Source of the DNA: Yuukianura sp. NJ FZ-2021
Taxonomy: Eukaryota
Direction: 5' to 3'
Length of the DNA stretch: 64,000 nucleotides
NCBI GenBank assembly: GCA_046563655.1
Contig: JAJCTO010000014.1
Location: forward strand, 62,001-126,000
Shown here: piece after piece, positions 1 to 12,200 of the stretch
Layout: every line of letters begins with the position of its first letter
How positions within the stretch are numbered: the first letter of the stretch is position 1
Translations under genes and position numbers: made by a program
The notes under the pieces: model-generated
Told to the model about the DNA's origin: nothing
Database searches by the model: none
What the model saw: the letters and a program-made list of their open reading frames with translations, nothing else

Positions 1-278
1 AAAATGAAGACTTTTTCAAAATTGTTGGTTAAAAGTCTGAAATCTTAAGAATTTCCAGAGCCAATTCAAGTCTTTCTGAACTAACATCTACAAACTTAAG
101 TTACAAGCAAAGGTGTGCTAAACTTTCCGACGACGCTGAAGAGTTAGGTTAACTTAGCCTAATTTGTTGATTTACATTAGGTTAACATTGATTAGTAACA
201 CTTTTAGGTTAAACTGCTTAGCAGTTAGTTGATGTTAGGTTAGTCAGGCGTAGGCAACCCCTTGTAGCATGTACTTAC

Positions 279-3200
279 GCGTGACCTCTGGGGGGCTTGG
301 GGTTCCGCCTTGGTCGTAACAGCTCTCACGCTCATCTTCGCACCCCGGGCAGTCACAAGTACCGTCACACTTGTTGGGACCCTTAACACAAGTTATACCA
401 TCGCCACACAGCACATCCTCGTCACCACAAAGACCATCTAAGTTAAGTTAATTAGTTAACACCAACACAATTACAATTAAACTAACTACTACACAATTTA
501 CAATGTAACCACTACCAGAGTAAGTCACCTCCACATTAATTACAATTTAACACAATTAAATTAACATTCAACAATTAAACCCACCAAAATTTTGAAGTAC
601 TAGTTAGTCAGGGGTGTAGTACCACATAAAAACTACCTCAAAATAACTGCACTACCAGCGCGTTAGTTGAAATTTCGTCTAGCGGCATTTCGTTTTTGAT
701 TTTTTTTTCTTCAAAATTTTTAAATTTCATCGCCATGCAAAAGCAATGATTGGGAACAAGTGGCTTGTAGACTTCATGCGCGAAATGCAACAAAGAAAAG
801 CAACTTACAGCACATGGATGGATCTTCGTCACTGTTGTCTCTGAAAATTTTCAACAGAAATGTCGTAGTAATGAAATGTCGCCGAGAGACATCTCGTGAT
901 GTCCAGAAAAAGTTGTCGCAAAGTGACATTACCGACAGTCTGGAATGTAGTCACACCGCTGACTCCACTGAATGCAGCCTCCACTCACACATCGGAACTC
1001 TCCCGGACGACATAACGCTATTCACAAAATGCAAGAAACAAAGCAAGAGCGACATAAAATTTAAGCCCCGGTGATTGGACGACATTTAGAAGGTTGAAGT
1101 AAGGACAACCGCCACATTTGTAACATTCTATAAAACTAACTTAAAATGCTATATTCCATTTAAGTGAATGCTCCCCGTGAGTCAGTCACCTAATTATAGG
1201 TGACTGCTCCCCCCAATAAACATATAACTTAAAGTGCTAAGATTTTTAGGTTAAGTTAGGCTAGTCGTCCCTACTTCAACATAATGTGCTGGAAGCATTT
1301 TAAAATGTACTGGCTGAACCTACTGCAATTTCGTTCATCAATTCCTGAGAAGCAGTCAAATCGGCCGTTACACATGAGTTCCTTCTCAATACAGCGCCCA
1401 TCATCACACTGGAACTCCCAGTTGGCACATGACTTTGACCCTAAGAGGTCACACAGAGGTCAACAGTTAAAGCAGGTCAACATGCAGCGACATTTGGCAG
1501 TGTGCTTAACTACCTCGACACAAGTCAGGGTGCTCGTCACTTCGATCCCTGCAGTCAGGCACACCGTCACATTTGAGTGTGTCACTGATGCAACTACTGC
1601 GATCGAAACACTCAAACTCATACGATCGACACCTCATCTCAAATCCTGTCACAGACATGAAAGTGCACATTTGATCAACATAAAAAACACCCACAGTGTC
1701 ATTTGGTCAACAACAATTTGTCATTCGTTCTAAATAATTTTGGGGCCAAACTAAACCTTGGTATCAAAATTCGAACGGTACAAATAAATTAACATTTTAA
1801 ACAAAATACAAACCTGGACAAGTAGTTGCGTCTTCATCTGTGTTGTCTGAAAATTAAAAAAAAAATCAGGATTGAAAAAAAGTTCAAAATTTTTGGAATT
1901 TCATAATCATGAATTTTTTTAAAAAAACCAACCTGGGCAATCCGAAAATCCATCGCATTTGAGAATGCTGTCAATACAGGTTCCATCTCGACATCTAAAC
2001 TGAAAACTTGTGCATTGCGCAGGTTCTGGAAAACGGCAAATCAAAATCAAAATTTTCAATAAAAAATTTCAACTTTCCCTTCACTTTACTAAATATTTGT
2101 CTATTCTAGAACTGTTTGACTTTCACTTTTTTTAAAAACGCGTTATTTTGAAATGTTTGTTTGCATTTTGAAACAGACTCCTTTGCCTTGAAATATTAAA
2201 TGCAAATAGCCTCTAGGAAGAAATATGCATGCTTCCTTCTCTTTTCACAATAAAAATCCAATCAATCGCTTTCTACTTTCACTTCCGCTTCTTCTAAAAA
2301 CAAATCGCTGTTTTCTAAAACGCTTGAAGCGATTTACCTGGTGGCGCTGGAAATCCACACCCACGCTCATCATCTCCTCCAGGACAATCCTCTTGTCTGT
2401 CACAGCGTCGATTGATACTCAGGCATTGACCGCCCTGCTCACACCTATATTCATTCTGGCGACAGCTTGGGGTCACTACAGGTCAAACCAAAAGCAAACT
2501 ATAAAAATTGCACAAATCCAAATTTCAAAAAATTATGAAAAAAAACCTCAAGCTAATTGACCCCCTGATCCCAAAATTAATTGGATCTTCCCAAATCTTG
2601 GAAAAATTTGATTAATCTCCAACCTGTTGATCTTTGATCTTTGGGATTAATGGACTTTTCAAACTTCAAAATTTCAGAAACTTGTCATAATTCAAGCATT
2701 TTTTGATAAATTGTGAGCCTATACGTGGGAGTATAATTGCGAATGACCTGACCTCAAGGTAGTAGCAATTTAATTATAATAATAGTTAAGATGATGAAGA
2801 TGAAGAAATGAAGACAAATGATGAAATGGAGGCTACTCTCTACTTGATCTCTTCATCTTCTCTCCCAAAGTCTCAGTTTTTTAGTCTGAGAAGATCTGCC
2901 ATAAATTGAGTGTTTTAGAGGATCTTGGAGAAGTCCATAAATGGCGCATGTAATTAATGACTCTTGCGCATATCATCGTGAAAAACAAATAAGAAATGGC
3001 ACTTGAGGCACATCCGCTCTTCTTCTGCTTTTCTTTGCTCCAAGCAAAACGTTAAGAGACTTAAGTCTTGCCTAAATCACAATTGACAGGAAGAACGTGC
3101 CTCGGTTCCTCTCAACAAACTTGGAAACAAACACAAATTCTCAAAATCCACAAAATTCTCAACGTCTAAAGAAAATATCAACGTTTTTCAAAATGAAAAC

Positions 3201-6200
3201 TAAGCTGATGTGCAGTTTTCATTCGTCGAAATTCGGTTTTTCAAAAAATCAATGTAAAATGCTTTCTTTAGTGTGTTTTTCAGAATTTCATTTTCAAAAT
3301 TAAAGTGCAAACCTTAAAAAATTTGGAGTTAGTTTTGTAAGTTACGCTTTTGCGTAGTGTACAAGTTTGTACTTACCACAATTGGCTTCGTCGCTTCCAT
3401 CTTGACAGTCACGACGCTGGTTACATTTCGCAGAGGCTGGAACGCATGCGCCATCGGAATGACACGTAAACTCCGAACTGCTACAACGCTTTGGAGCTGA
3501 AAAGTTTGAACAAATTTTTTCAAAATTTCGAACTCAAAATATCTTTTTTTTTCTTTTTTACAAAAAAAAGTGTTTATTTACAAAAACTTTCACATCGCAG
3601 AACTTTTTATGTGCAAAATTCAACCAAAACCAATTTCGATAAATTTCCTTAGCATGTTAGAGGAGGTCAAATTCGTGTTAATGACCAACACCTCGCAGAT
3701 TAAGGTTAACTTTAACTTAACATCCCAAGTGTATCCGTTAATCAAGTGTATCACCGCCACCATTTCATAAGTGTTTTTTACACTTGATGTTTTCAAGTGT
3801 TAGGTACTTGTGCCCCCCACTGCGAAGGGAGGGTTAAAGTTAATTAACATTTAGATTAAACCGTGACAAGACACAAAGAAACCCAAAACCACTTTAAACA
3901 ACACACACAAACAACATAAACAATAAACAACTGCTGTGTTCAAGTGACAGCCCCTGTTTAACAATTAACAAATTACTTCACACCCTACACTTGAAACATA
4001 AACAAGTCACGTCAATCACAAAAACATTTTACAGCATGACACAGCATGGACAGAGCGACACAAGGAAATCCCAAGTACAAAAAAATTACAAAAACGTTTT
4101 GTAAATTTCAGAGTGCAAATTTTTTGAAAACTAATTTTCTCCAGACTTCATTTATGTCATTCGCATTCTTGAAACTAAACAAGGTAGCACCGTTTGACTT
4201 TGTTTAAACAAAAGTTTGTTCAAACGGGTTAGAACAGTGGGATTCTCCTGGTACGGGGATTTGCGTCATGACTTACGACAATTCCGTTCGTCACTGCGAT
4301 CACTACATTGGACGAGGCCGTCGCAGACGTTGGCTCGGTCTATGCATACTCCTGAGCCGCACTTAAACTGTTCATTTGAACACGCTGTAGAACAAAATAG
4401 GTCAATTTTTTTGAATTTTCACATTTCTTAAAACAAGGTTTGAACAAAGAAGGTTTAGAACATGTTCAATCTGCCATCACCACCTACGATCTGCGTGACC
4501 TTTACAATGCTTTAACTCCTGAACTGTTTATTTGAACAGGATCGTCTGGAAATCATTGCGATTCGCAAATTGCGAGGTAATCAGGAAGTCAGCCACCGTA
4601 GAAACAGAGTAACCACCCAACATGTAACCATGAAGTAACCACCCAATACGTATAACCGCCATTTAGCCACCCAGCAAGACAAGAACAGAAAACCCACCAA
4701 CAAAAATAGCAAAAGAAGACGTAACCACACATATATTGTAACCACCACAAGGACAACCGTAACCGTCGACATGTAACCACCACCATTACCGAAACGTAAC
4801 CTCTGGACGGAAACCACTGAAGCGACAGAAGCCCGAGTCTCCGGGTGACAAGGTGACATGGACAGGACAAAATGGCGGCGACGCAGAAGATTCTAATTGT
4901 AAATTTACGTCAACTCACGACATCCGAAGTCCTCGTCCGATTTGTCATTCGGCCCACAGTCGAAGGATCCATCGCAAAGGCTGGACACGGGAATACAAAG
5001 CAGGCTCCGGCGACATTTAAATTCGTCACGCCCACACGTCGCACCACCACTGCTGCCCCCTGGAGTCCACGGTTCTGTTCGATGGAGGGAAAACCACTTT
5101 TTAGAAAAACAAAATTCTAACTTTTCAAAAAAATATCAAATTCCGATTTGATTAACCCCCTCCCTCCCCTCAGGCTCGGATTTCATCAAAGTCAAATTTG
5201 AAATGCGATGTGAAAAACTAGTTTGATTTTTTTAGATTTTGGAAATGTTTAAAAGATGAGAAAGTAGAGTCCTTGGACGGCATTATATGTAAATTAAGTG
5301 GTCTAAAAATATATCTGTTCATCTGTAAACAAGATCTACACAAAAATGCATCTTGTCTGCATCCTCCCCTTTGCATCTTCTGCCTTTTGTTCTGACTCTC
5401 ATCAGTTACCCTCTCAACTCCGCCATTCAAATTCAAAATTTCCCTCTTCTGTTCTAAACAAACAGGCCCAGCCCCGCCAAACCCAACTTTCAAAATTCAA
5501 AAGCTTTTCAATTCCACATTCCCTCAAAAACCACACAAACCACCCCAAAAACGAAAATTCAAAAACAAAAAAGCAAGTTTCGGAAAAGCAAAAACACAAA
5601 ACATAAAAAACGTCAAAAATATTTTGTTTCCACCCCCAAAATCCCGCAGTTTTTCAACAATTTTTAAACAACAAGTTTTATACTCCCCTAATTATTCAAA
5701 GGTCAAAGGTCAGAGGCCAATGTTAAAAAAGTTTGTGTTTTGAACGTGATTTTCTAAAAAATCAAAATTTCCAAGACGCGTTTTTTTTTGAAAATTCTAT
5801 ATGCAAATGAGGGTAGAATTTGCCCTTCTACCTTTGACAACTTTTTTTTTTGAAATTCGGAGATCAGCTTACTACAGCTTGTTCTAAAATTCCTGTTCTA
5901 AATTCTCAGACGCTTTTTTAAACAAGACTCTGTCCAAGATTAGACAGGCATAACCATAGGCTTTGGCCGTATTAACGAGGCTGTTCTGCTCTTTCAAATC
6001 GTTTTTTAAAAAGTGACACTCTCGGGGCTCTAAGCTTGTTCTAAAAAAGTCTCACGGTTCAAAGGAGCCTTGTAAGTTCCAAGCCTCAATGAATTCCAGA
6101 TTGACATTTGACAATCCTCATGTCCAATCCGATTAAAAGTGACACAAGAAAACCCGGTTCTGAAACAAATCCGAAAATCGGATTTTGATTTTCAATCCAG

Positions 6201-9200
6201 CTGCTCCATTTCTCTCTCACTTCTGCCAAACGTCTTGATTTTTTCATTCTTTTTTTGAAGCTGAGTCTCTAAATCTTTCAAAAAAGTCTCACTTAAAATA
6301 CTTTTCATCTTTTTTACACCCATTTCCTCCATTTTTAAAACAAAACGGTTTGTTCTAAATTTGTTTTAAAAGCGTACTTGATCTTGTTCAATCGGACGTT
6401 TTAAAAATACTTGACCTTCTTTTTTAGAAAAACAGGAATTGGTTTAAGCCTGGACTGTCTCGGGAGCCTGCACACCAAGAATTTAACACCCTACTGATAT
6501 TTTAATGGTTAGCATATTCTTAAAACTAGGCCAAAAGCGTGCCAAAATTCTGCTAAAAAATCAGCGGCTTAACGAAAACCGCCTTGGCAAAAATTTCAGA
6601 AAAACGATCCGGTTGGCGCTTGAGAAAACAGTATTTTTAAAATCGAATTCCAAGAAATTTTTTCTGTTTTTCTCAAGTCATACACACGCCCTCACCCTCC
6701 TTCGTAAACTTGACTGAAATTTATGACTTTTTGAAGGATAATTTTGGAAGTTGCAAAGTCAGAAAATGCTGTGAAATTAAAAAAGCAACAAATTTTGATT
6801 TACACGTTTCAACAAGAAAACGCCAAAAGTAGTAAAAAAAATTCAAAATTCTTCTTTTGAGGTCAGTCAAAATTTTGCCGTACACGCCTTCATCAACTTT
6901 AAAAACTTGAAAATAGTTCATTTACGGTCATTTTGTGTAGCACTGACAGGTTCAAGTGTCACAGCAAAGTCCAAATTTTTGAACTTTTGGAAAATTTTAT
7001 CGCAAAACTTAAAATTTTTTTTATTGAAATGAAATGAAGTTTGTGTCTTACTGAGGTTTTGCTGCGGAGAGACGTGGGGGAGCGTGCAGAGGAGAAAGAG
7101 AGAAAGTGCAAGGTAGTTCACTTGGGGGAATGTGGGGGGCTCCATTTCACTTGGATTGACGCGGGGGTACTTAAGGGGCAGGGGTCAGTTGATCCTAGGA
7201 AACCATTAGAGACACTTCTGATCAACTTAAGAGCTCCACGACTTCTGATCAAATGATGATAAACGACACACAACTCAACTCATCTTCAGCTCACCATCAA
7301 ATCAACTCAAACAGCTCAAGAAAACCAACCGAAGAGGAGGACACTCCGAGGGGAACTTCCTCCGTCTAACTTCATCCTCCTTCAAATCAACATTAGGCTA
7401 AGGAGATCGTAAGAATGTGAGGAAATACTCAAATTTACTCCAGACTTGAAGAAATACTCAAAACAGAACAGGATTCGAGGAAATACTCAAACTGCTCAAA
7501 ATGATCAGTTACTGTTTAGGAAGTAGGCAATCCACCATAACAATTTTTGAAATAGCCATTGAGCCAATCACAGTCTTTGGGGAAACAGCCGTTCAGCCAA
7601 TCAGGGTATTTTGCAGAAATACTGAAAATCTGTTTCCTGCATTTTTCAAGAACCAATCTTGATTCAGCTAAATTTCGACTATTGCCGAACCAGTACTTTC
7701 GGTTCGTTTTTTTTTCTCAAATTGAGTTGAGTACTGAAAGCTGAGGGCTGGAATGGATTTGAGGAAATCCTCAAAGACTTGCGTGGATCCCTGAAGTCTG
7801 AAAGAGTTGAGCAATTCCCAGCCCATGGACTGAAGTTCGTAAAGCCCTTAACGATGATTTTGTGTCGGTGGAAGGAGGGAGCTGGTGCTCTGAACATTTC
7901 TCCCTGTCAATCAAAGCTCCATGGCGTCAAGAGAGGCACTTTGTGAAGATGCTGGACCAGGGATGCTGGATGCTGTGCAAAAACTTCACTTCTTCATCTC
8001 TCCTTTCAAGTAGTCAAGAACATCAACCAAAGAATTTTCTCTCAACAAAATCAAAACCTTCCCACAAGACGCTCTCGACTTTCACTTTCCTCAAAAACTC
8101 CAGTAGAACAAACACCACCGTAAAGTAAATAGTTTCTCCCTCCAATTTTTCATGATAACAAAAAATCGAAAAAACGAAAGAAATGGAAAAAAACGAATTC
8201 AAAATAGCTTCAAATTAAATGTTGCATTTCATAATCTTCGGGTGGGCAAATTTTCAAAAATAGATATTTGGAATTTTTTTTCTCAGTTTGAAGCATATAA
8301 CATGTATTTCTTGGGAATTTGCAAAAACGTCTGCTCATTGAAAGACACAAGGACTTTACGGTTGCAAATTTTGCCAATTTTTGCAAAGGTTTTTTGCAGA
8401 ATTTGCAAAAACCTTGGCCTTTTGTATTCCGCTAATCCCATTAACCCAATCAGGCTCCCATTGTTATGCACTTTTGAAGACGATGGGGCGGGGGTGACTT
8501 TTTGCAAATTTTTGCAAAAACGCTTTTTGAACCCAAAAAGGACTTGCCAAAATAGGGAGTTGTTAACTGCTTTTGTCTTCTTTTTTTTCTACTAAAAAGT
8601 GTCAAATGCTCTTCAAGGTTTTCGGAGACGCCGCCATAACCAACACTATAAACCGCCATTTCTACACCATAGATCATCCCTTGGCACAATTCAATTCTCT
8701 TTGGCCCACTTCTTTTCTTTTTGGACAATTTTTTTCCTTTTTGGACATTTTTTTTCGAAAAGAACAAAATGTCAGCCAAAAAAGCGAGAGTTGTGTGCGT
8801 TCACACTTCCAAGGACAAAAGATGACAATAGACATAGGACACTTCCAGACAAAACCTCCTCTGGAACATAAATTGAATCTTTCCAATCCCCCATTATCCT
8901 CTCTTTTGTATCCTAACTATCCCAAGATATCCCAAACTATCCCAAGATCACTTTTCTCTCACTCTTTTTTATCAAAGTGAAAGCCAATCATAAAATCCTC
9001 AAAACCTAACCAACGAGATGCTGGTCTCGCAGTTCGTTTGAAACCAAAGTCATTCGACCAGAGTCGTAATCGTAAAATGTCAATTATCCAATTCCTTTGG
9101 AAAGGCACGACAAGAGTTGAAAAAGTGACATTGCGCAGAGCAAGCGGTACTTTCAAAAAAGTCCAAAAAAGGAAAGTCAGAAACGCGTGAGATTCGAGAT

Positions 9201-12200
9201 ACAATCAGCTCAGGTTCATCTTGACACACAAATCCGTGCTACACTAACCTACAGCACGTTTTCAATCCATTTCATGCCGAAAAGAACCAGGAGCGCTGAA
9301 ATTTCAAAATCTTTTGTTCGATTTTTTTTTCAACTTCAATTGACCAGAAAAAATCCGGTTTTCTCCACCAAGGATTTTGAGTGTAAAATGCAGCAGGTTG
9401 TTGTTTCTTCTTAAAATTTCAAAAAACGTGGGAACAAGAAATCAAAAATCTTGAATTTGACCAAAAACGTTAATTTGACTTTTCGTTTTTATGCTTGTAG
9501 AAATGGATTCCTGTGCAATGAAGTGAAAGTTTAGGCAGTGCGCATGAGTAAACAGGAAATCCTGCTTGTTGTTGCAGATGAGCATAGTTTAAAATCAGCG
9601 ATTCGTAAGAAACGAAGCGATTTTGAGTAAAGTCGAAGGAAGTTTAGGCGAAAGTGAGTCGTTTCGAATAAGGACCTGAGTCCTGCTGTGCCTGTAAATT
9701 GAAGGAATGCCTTTGAATAGGCCTTTGTATCGTGTCCAGAATGATTTAAGAGTCCTTTGTGTTCCTCCTATCACCAATCATCATCCATCCACTTCACAAT
9801 TTACGCCAATTTAACAGTTAAAAACCCCCGCCCCCGTACTTTCATCCCCCACCCCCGCCAAACCTACTTTTTGCAAATTATTAAACCATGAGTCTCAAGT
9901 TTAACATGAAGAGAAAGAAACACAACAAACCCAGAGGGGTTTCCGCCCCCACTCTACTTTGCATGTGTCAAAATTTTGATTTTTTGCAAATTGCGAAATT
10001 CAAATTGCAAAAACAGAAGATATTCGGGTAGAGTTCACCATATAGCCAATGGAAATGGGTAATCTGCAACTTTTTGTTTCAAATTTTTCATAGGGGTGAT
10101 TTTGACAGAGTTTAAAATGACATTCAAACTTGAAAAAATTAGACAACCAGCAAACTTGTAAAAAATTGCAAAATTGCAAAAATTTTGAAGAAAATGAACT
10201 GTTTGTTTCATTCATCGCTGCTGATGATGATGATGACGGCGACTGAGGAGTGTGGAGTGGAGCCACGCGTGCGTGGGAAAGTCATTTCCAAGTGCTGACT
10301 GCCTACACTTATTTCATCTGACACTTCTGCAGTAATTAATCGTTGGTAATTAGTCATTTAAGTGGTCTAGAACACTAGTCTTACTATTTCTAGAAGACAG
10401 TGGGGGTGTTAATTTTAGTTATGACTCCATACTTTATGAATTAAACTGTTTGGCATTTGGTCATGCATGCTAAAAGTGCTCAAGTGATGATTAACTGAGA
10501 AAGTGGAGAGAGAGAGACGGAGTATTAAAAAGCACTTATTCCACACTTTCTACTCAAGTGTCAGGAGGAAGTCTGACTTCTGTGACCTTTCAGCTAGAGG
10601 TCAAAGGTTATAAAAGTAAGAAATAGTAAGGTCAAACTTACGACAGTCGTTGACATTTTCGTCGAATCCATCACTGCAGTCCTGAATTCCGTTGCACTTG
10701 GCAGAGTCTGGTAAGCATTTGTCCAAGTCACAGTTGAAGAAACCACGCCCACAGTCACGGTCTATAAAATTTTGAAAATTACTTTAGTTTTTTGAAAATT
10801 TGAATTTTCAAGACACTGAAATTAGGAACATTTTGTATTAGTTTTCAAAACCACTTGTTACCACATGGAAAGATAAGTTTTTCAAAAGCCCAGTGTTTTT
10901 TTTAATTTCAAAACTTTCAAATTTTTTAAATTTTGAGGTTAGTGGTATTCCTAGACACTCCTCAAAATATTTTTGCAACCCAGGAAGGATGCTAGGGTTT
11001 GGGAAGTTTGTATTTCGCGTCAGTGGGAATGCTTAGGTCAAAGGTCAAGCAAGGTCAATCGCCAAATTTTGGACCTAGTTCATGCACAAAATTTTGAAAA
11101 TTTTAAAATTGAACAAACCGCTCATGCTGCAGTTCATTCTTGTGTCTTCATCTTCTCCTCCAGGACAGTTGATCTATAGCCAGCAAAATTTTAGGTTTTC
11201 TAAACAGCGCCGCTTTTTTGATAAACTATTTTCAAAAGCTTTCTCTTTCTTAAAATGTTCTTAAAATTTTACATGCCCATCGCAGACTTGGTCAGCACAG
11301 ATGATTGCCCGTCCGTCGAAGCATCTCACTTGGTCATCCGCTCGACAGTCCTCCATTTCCTCAAATGGTGTCGGAGTCGGTATCGGTACCGGCGGAGGAG
11401 TCGGAGGCAGTTCGGTTGTTGTCGGAACTGTAAACTCATGCAAAGATCCATCTTATGAAAAATATAGTTAGGTTTTATAACCTAATAAAACATGCTTTTC
11501 CCAAGCCCCGAACTTAAAATCTCCCGCCAAAAATCATCATTTTGAAAAGGCGGGTGAAAGGTGGTGACAGGTTTGAATCGCAGCGATTTGGAAAGGTGAA
11601 AGGAAAAAGGCTATGCAAATTCTACGACACCAAGGTAATCCCCTTCCCGAAAAAGCTCATTGGCCATGAGAACCACGTCCACAAGTATTTTGTGGAAGGT
11701 GCCAAAAAAAATTTGGACAAAATTTTCATCTTCATCATCATTAACCAACGCAGCAAAGAACAAAGCTTCCAGCATTTTGGAAAGTTCTTGATGATGGGAT
11801 TTTGAAGTTTAGGTAAGGTTCTAAGCTCATTTGCTTCCAGACGTGCCATAAGTGCCCATCAAAAACCGAAAAGTTCACACCTCTTCATTTTTCCCGTCGA
11901 AAATTTCTTACCTGGACAATTTTCTTCATCTGTACCATCACCACAGTCATCCGCACCGTTACAACGAACGGTTACACTAAGGCATCTACCGTTTCGACAT
12001 TTTAGTTCATTGTCGAAACAAACAGGTTCAAGCGGGGCTAAACACAAAATTGCAATGAAAACAAATCAAAACTAAATTTTGCTAAGTAAATTCAGCAAAA
12101 TAAACAAAAATTTGCGAAACAAAAAATATGCATTTCGAAATATGCATTTTGTCATGCTTTTGGATCGGTCCCTCATAAATCAAAAATCGTTGTCACGATT

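Noticed and set aside
8152..8980. Overlapping 100-147 aa ORFs
   Set aside because: Phe/Lys-rich translations of A/T tracts and TTGCAAAA motifs; no domain or splice support.
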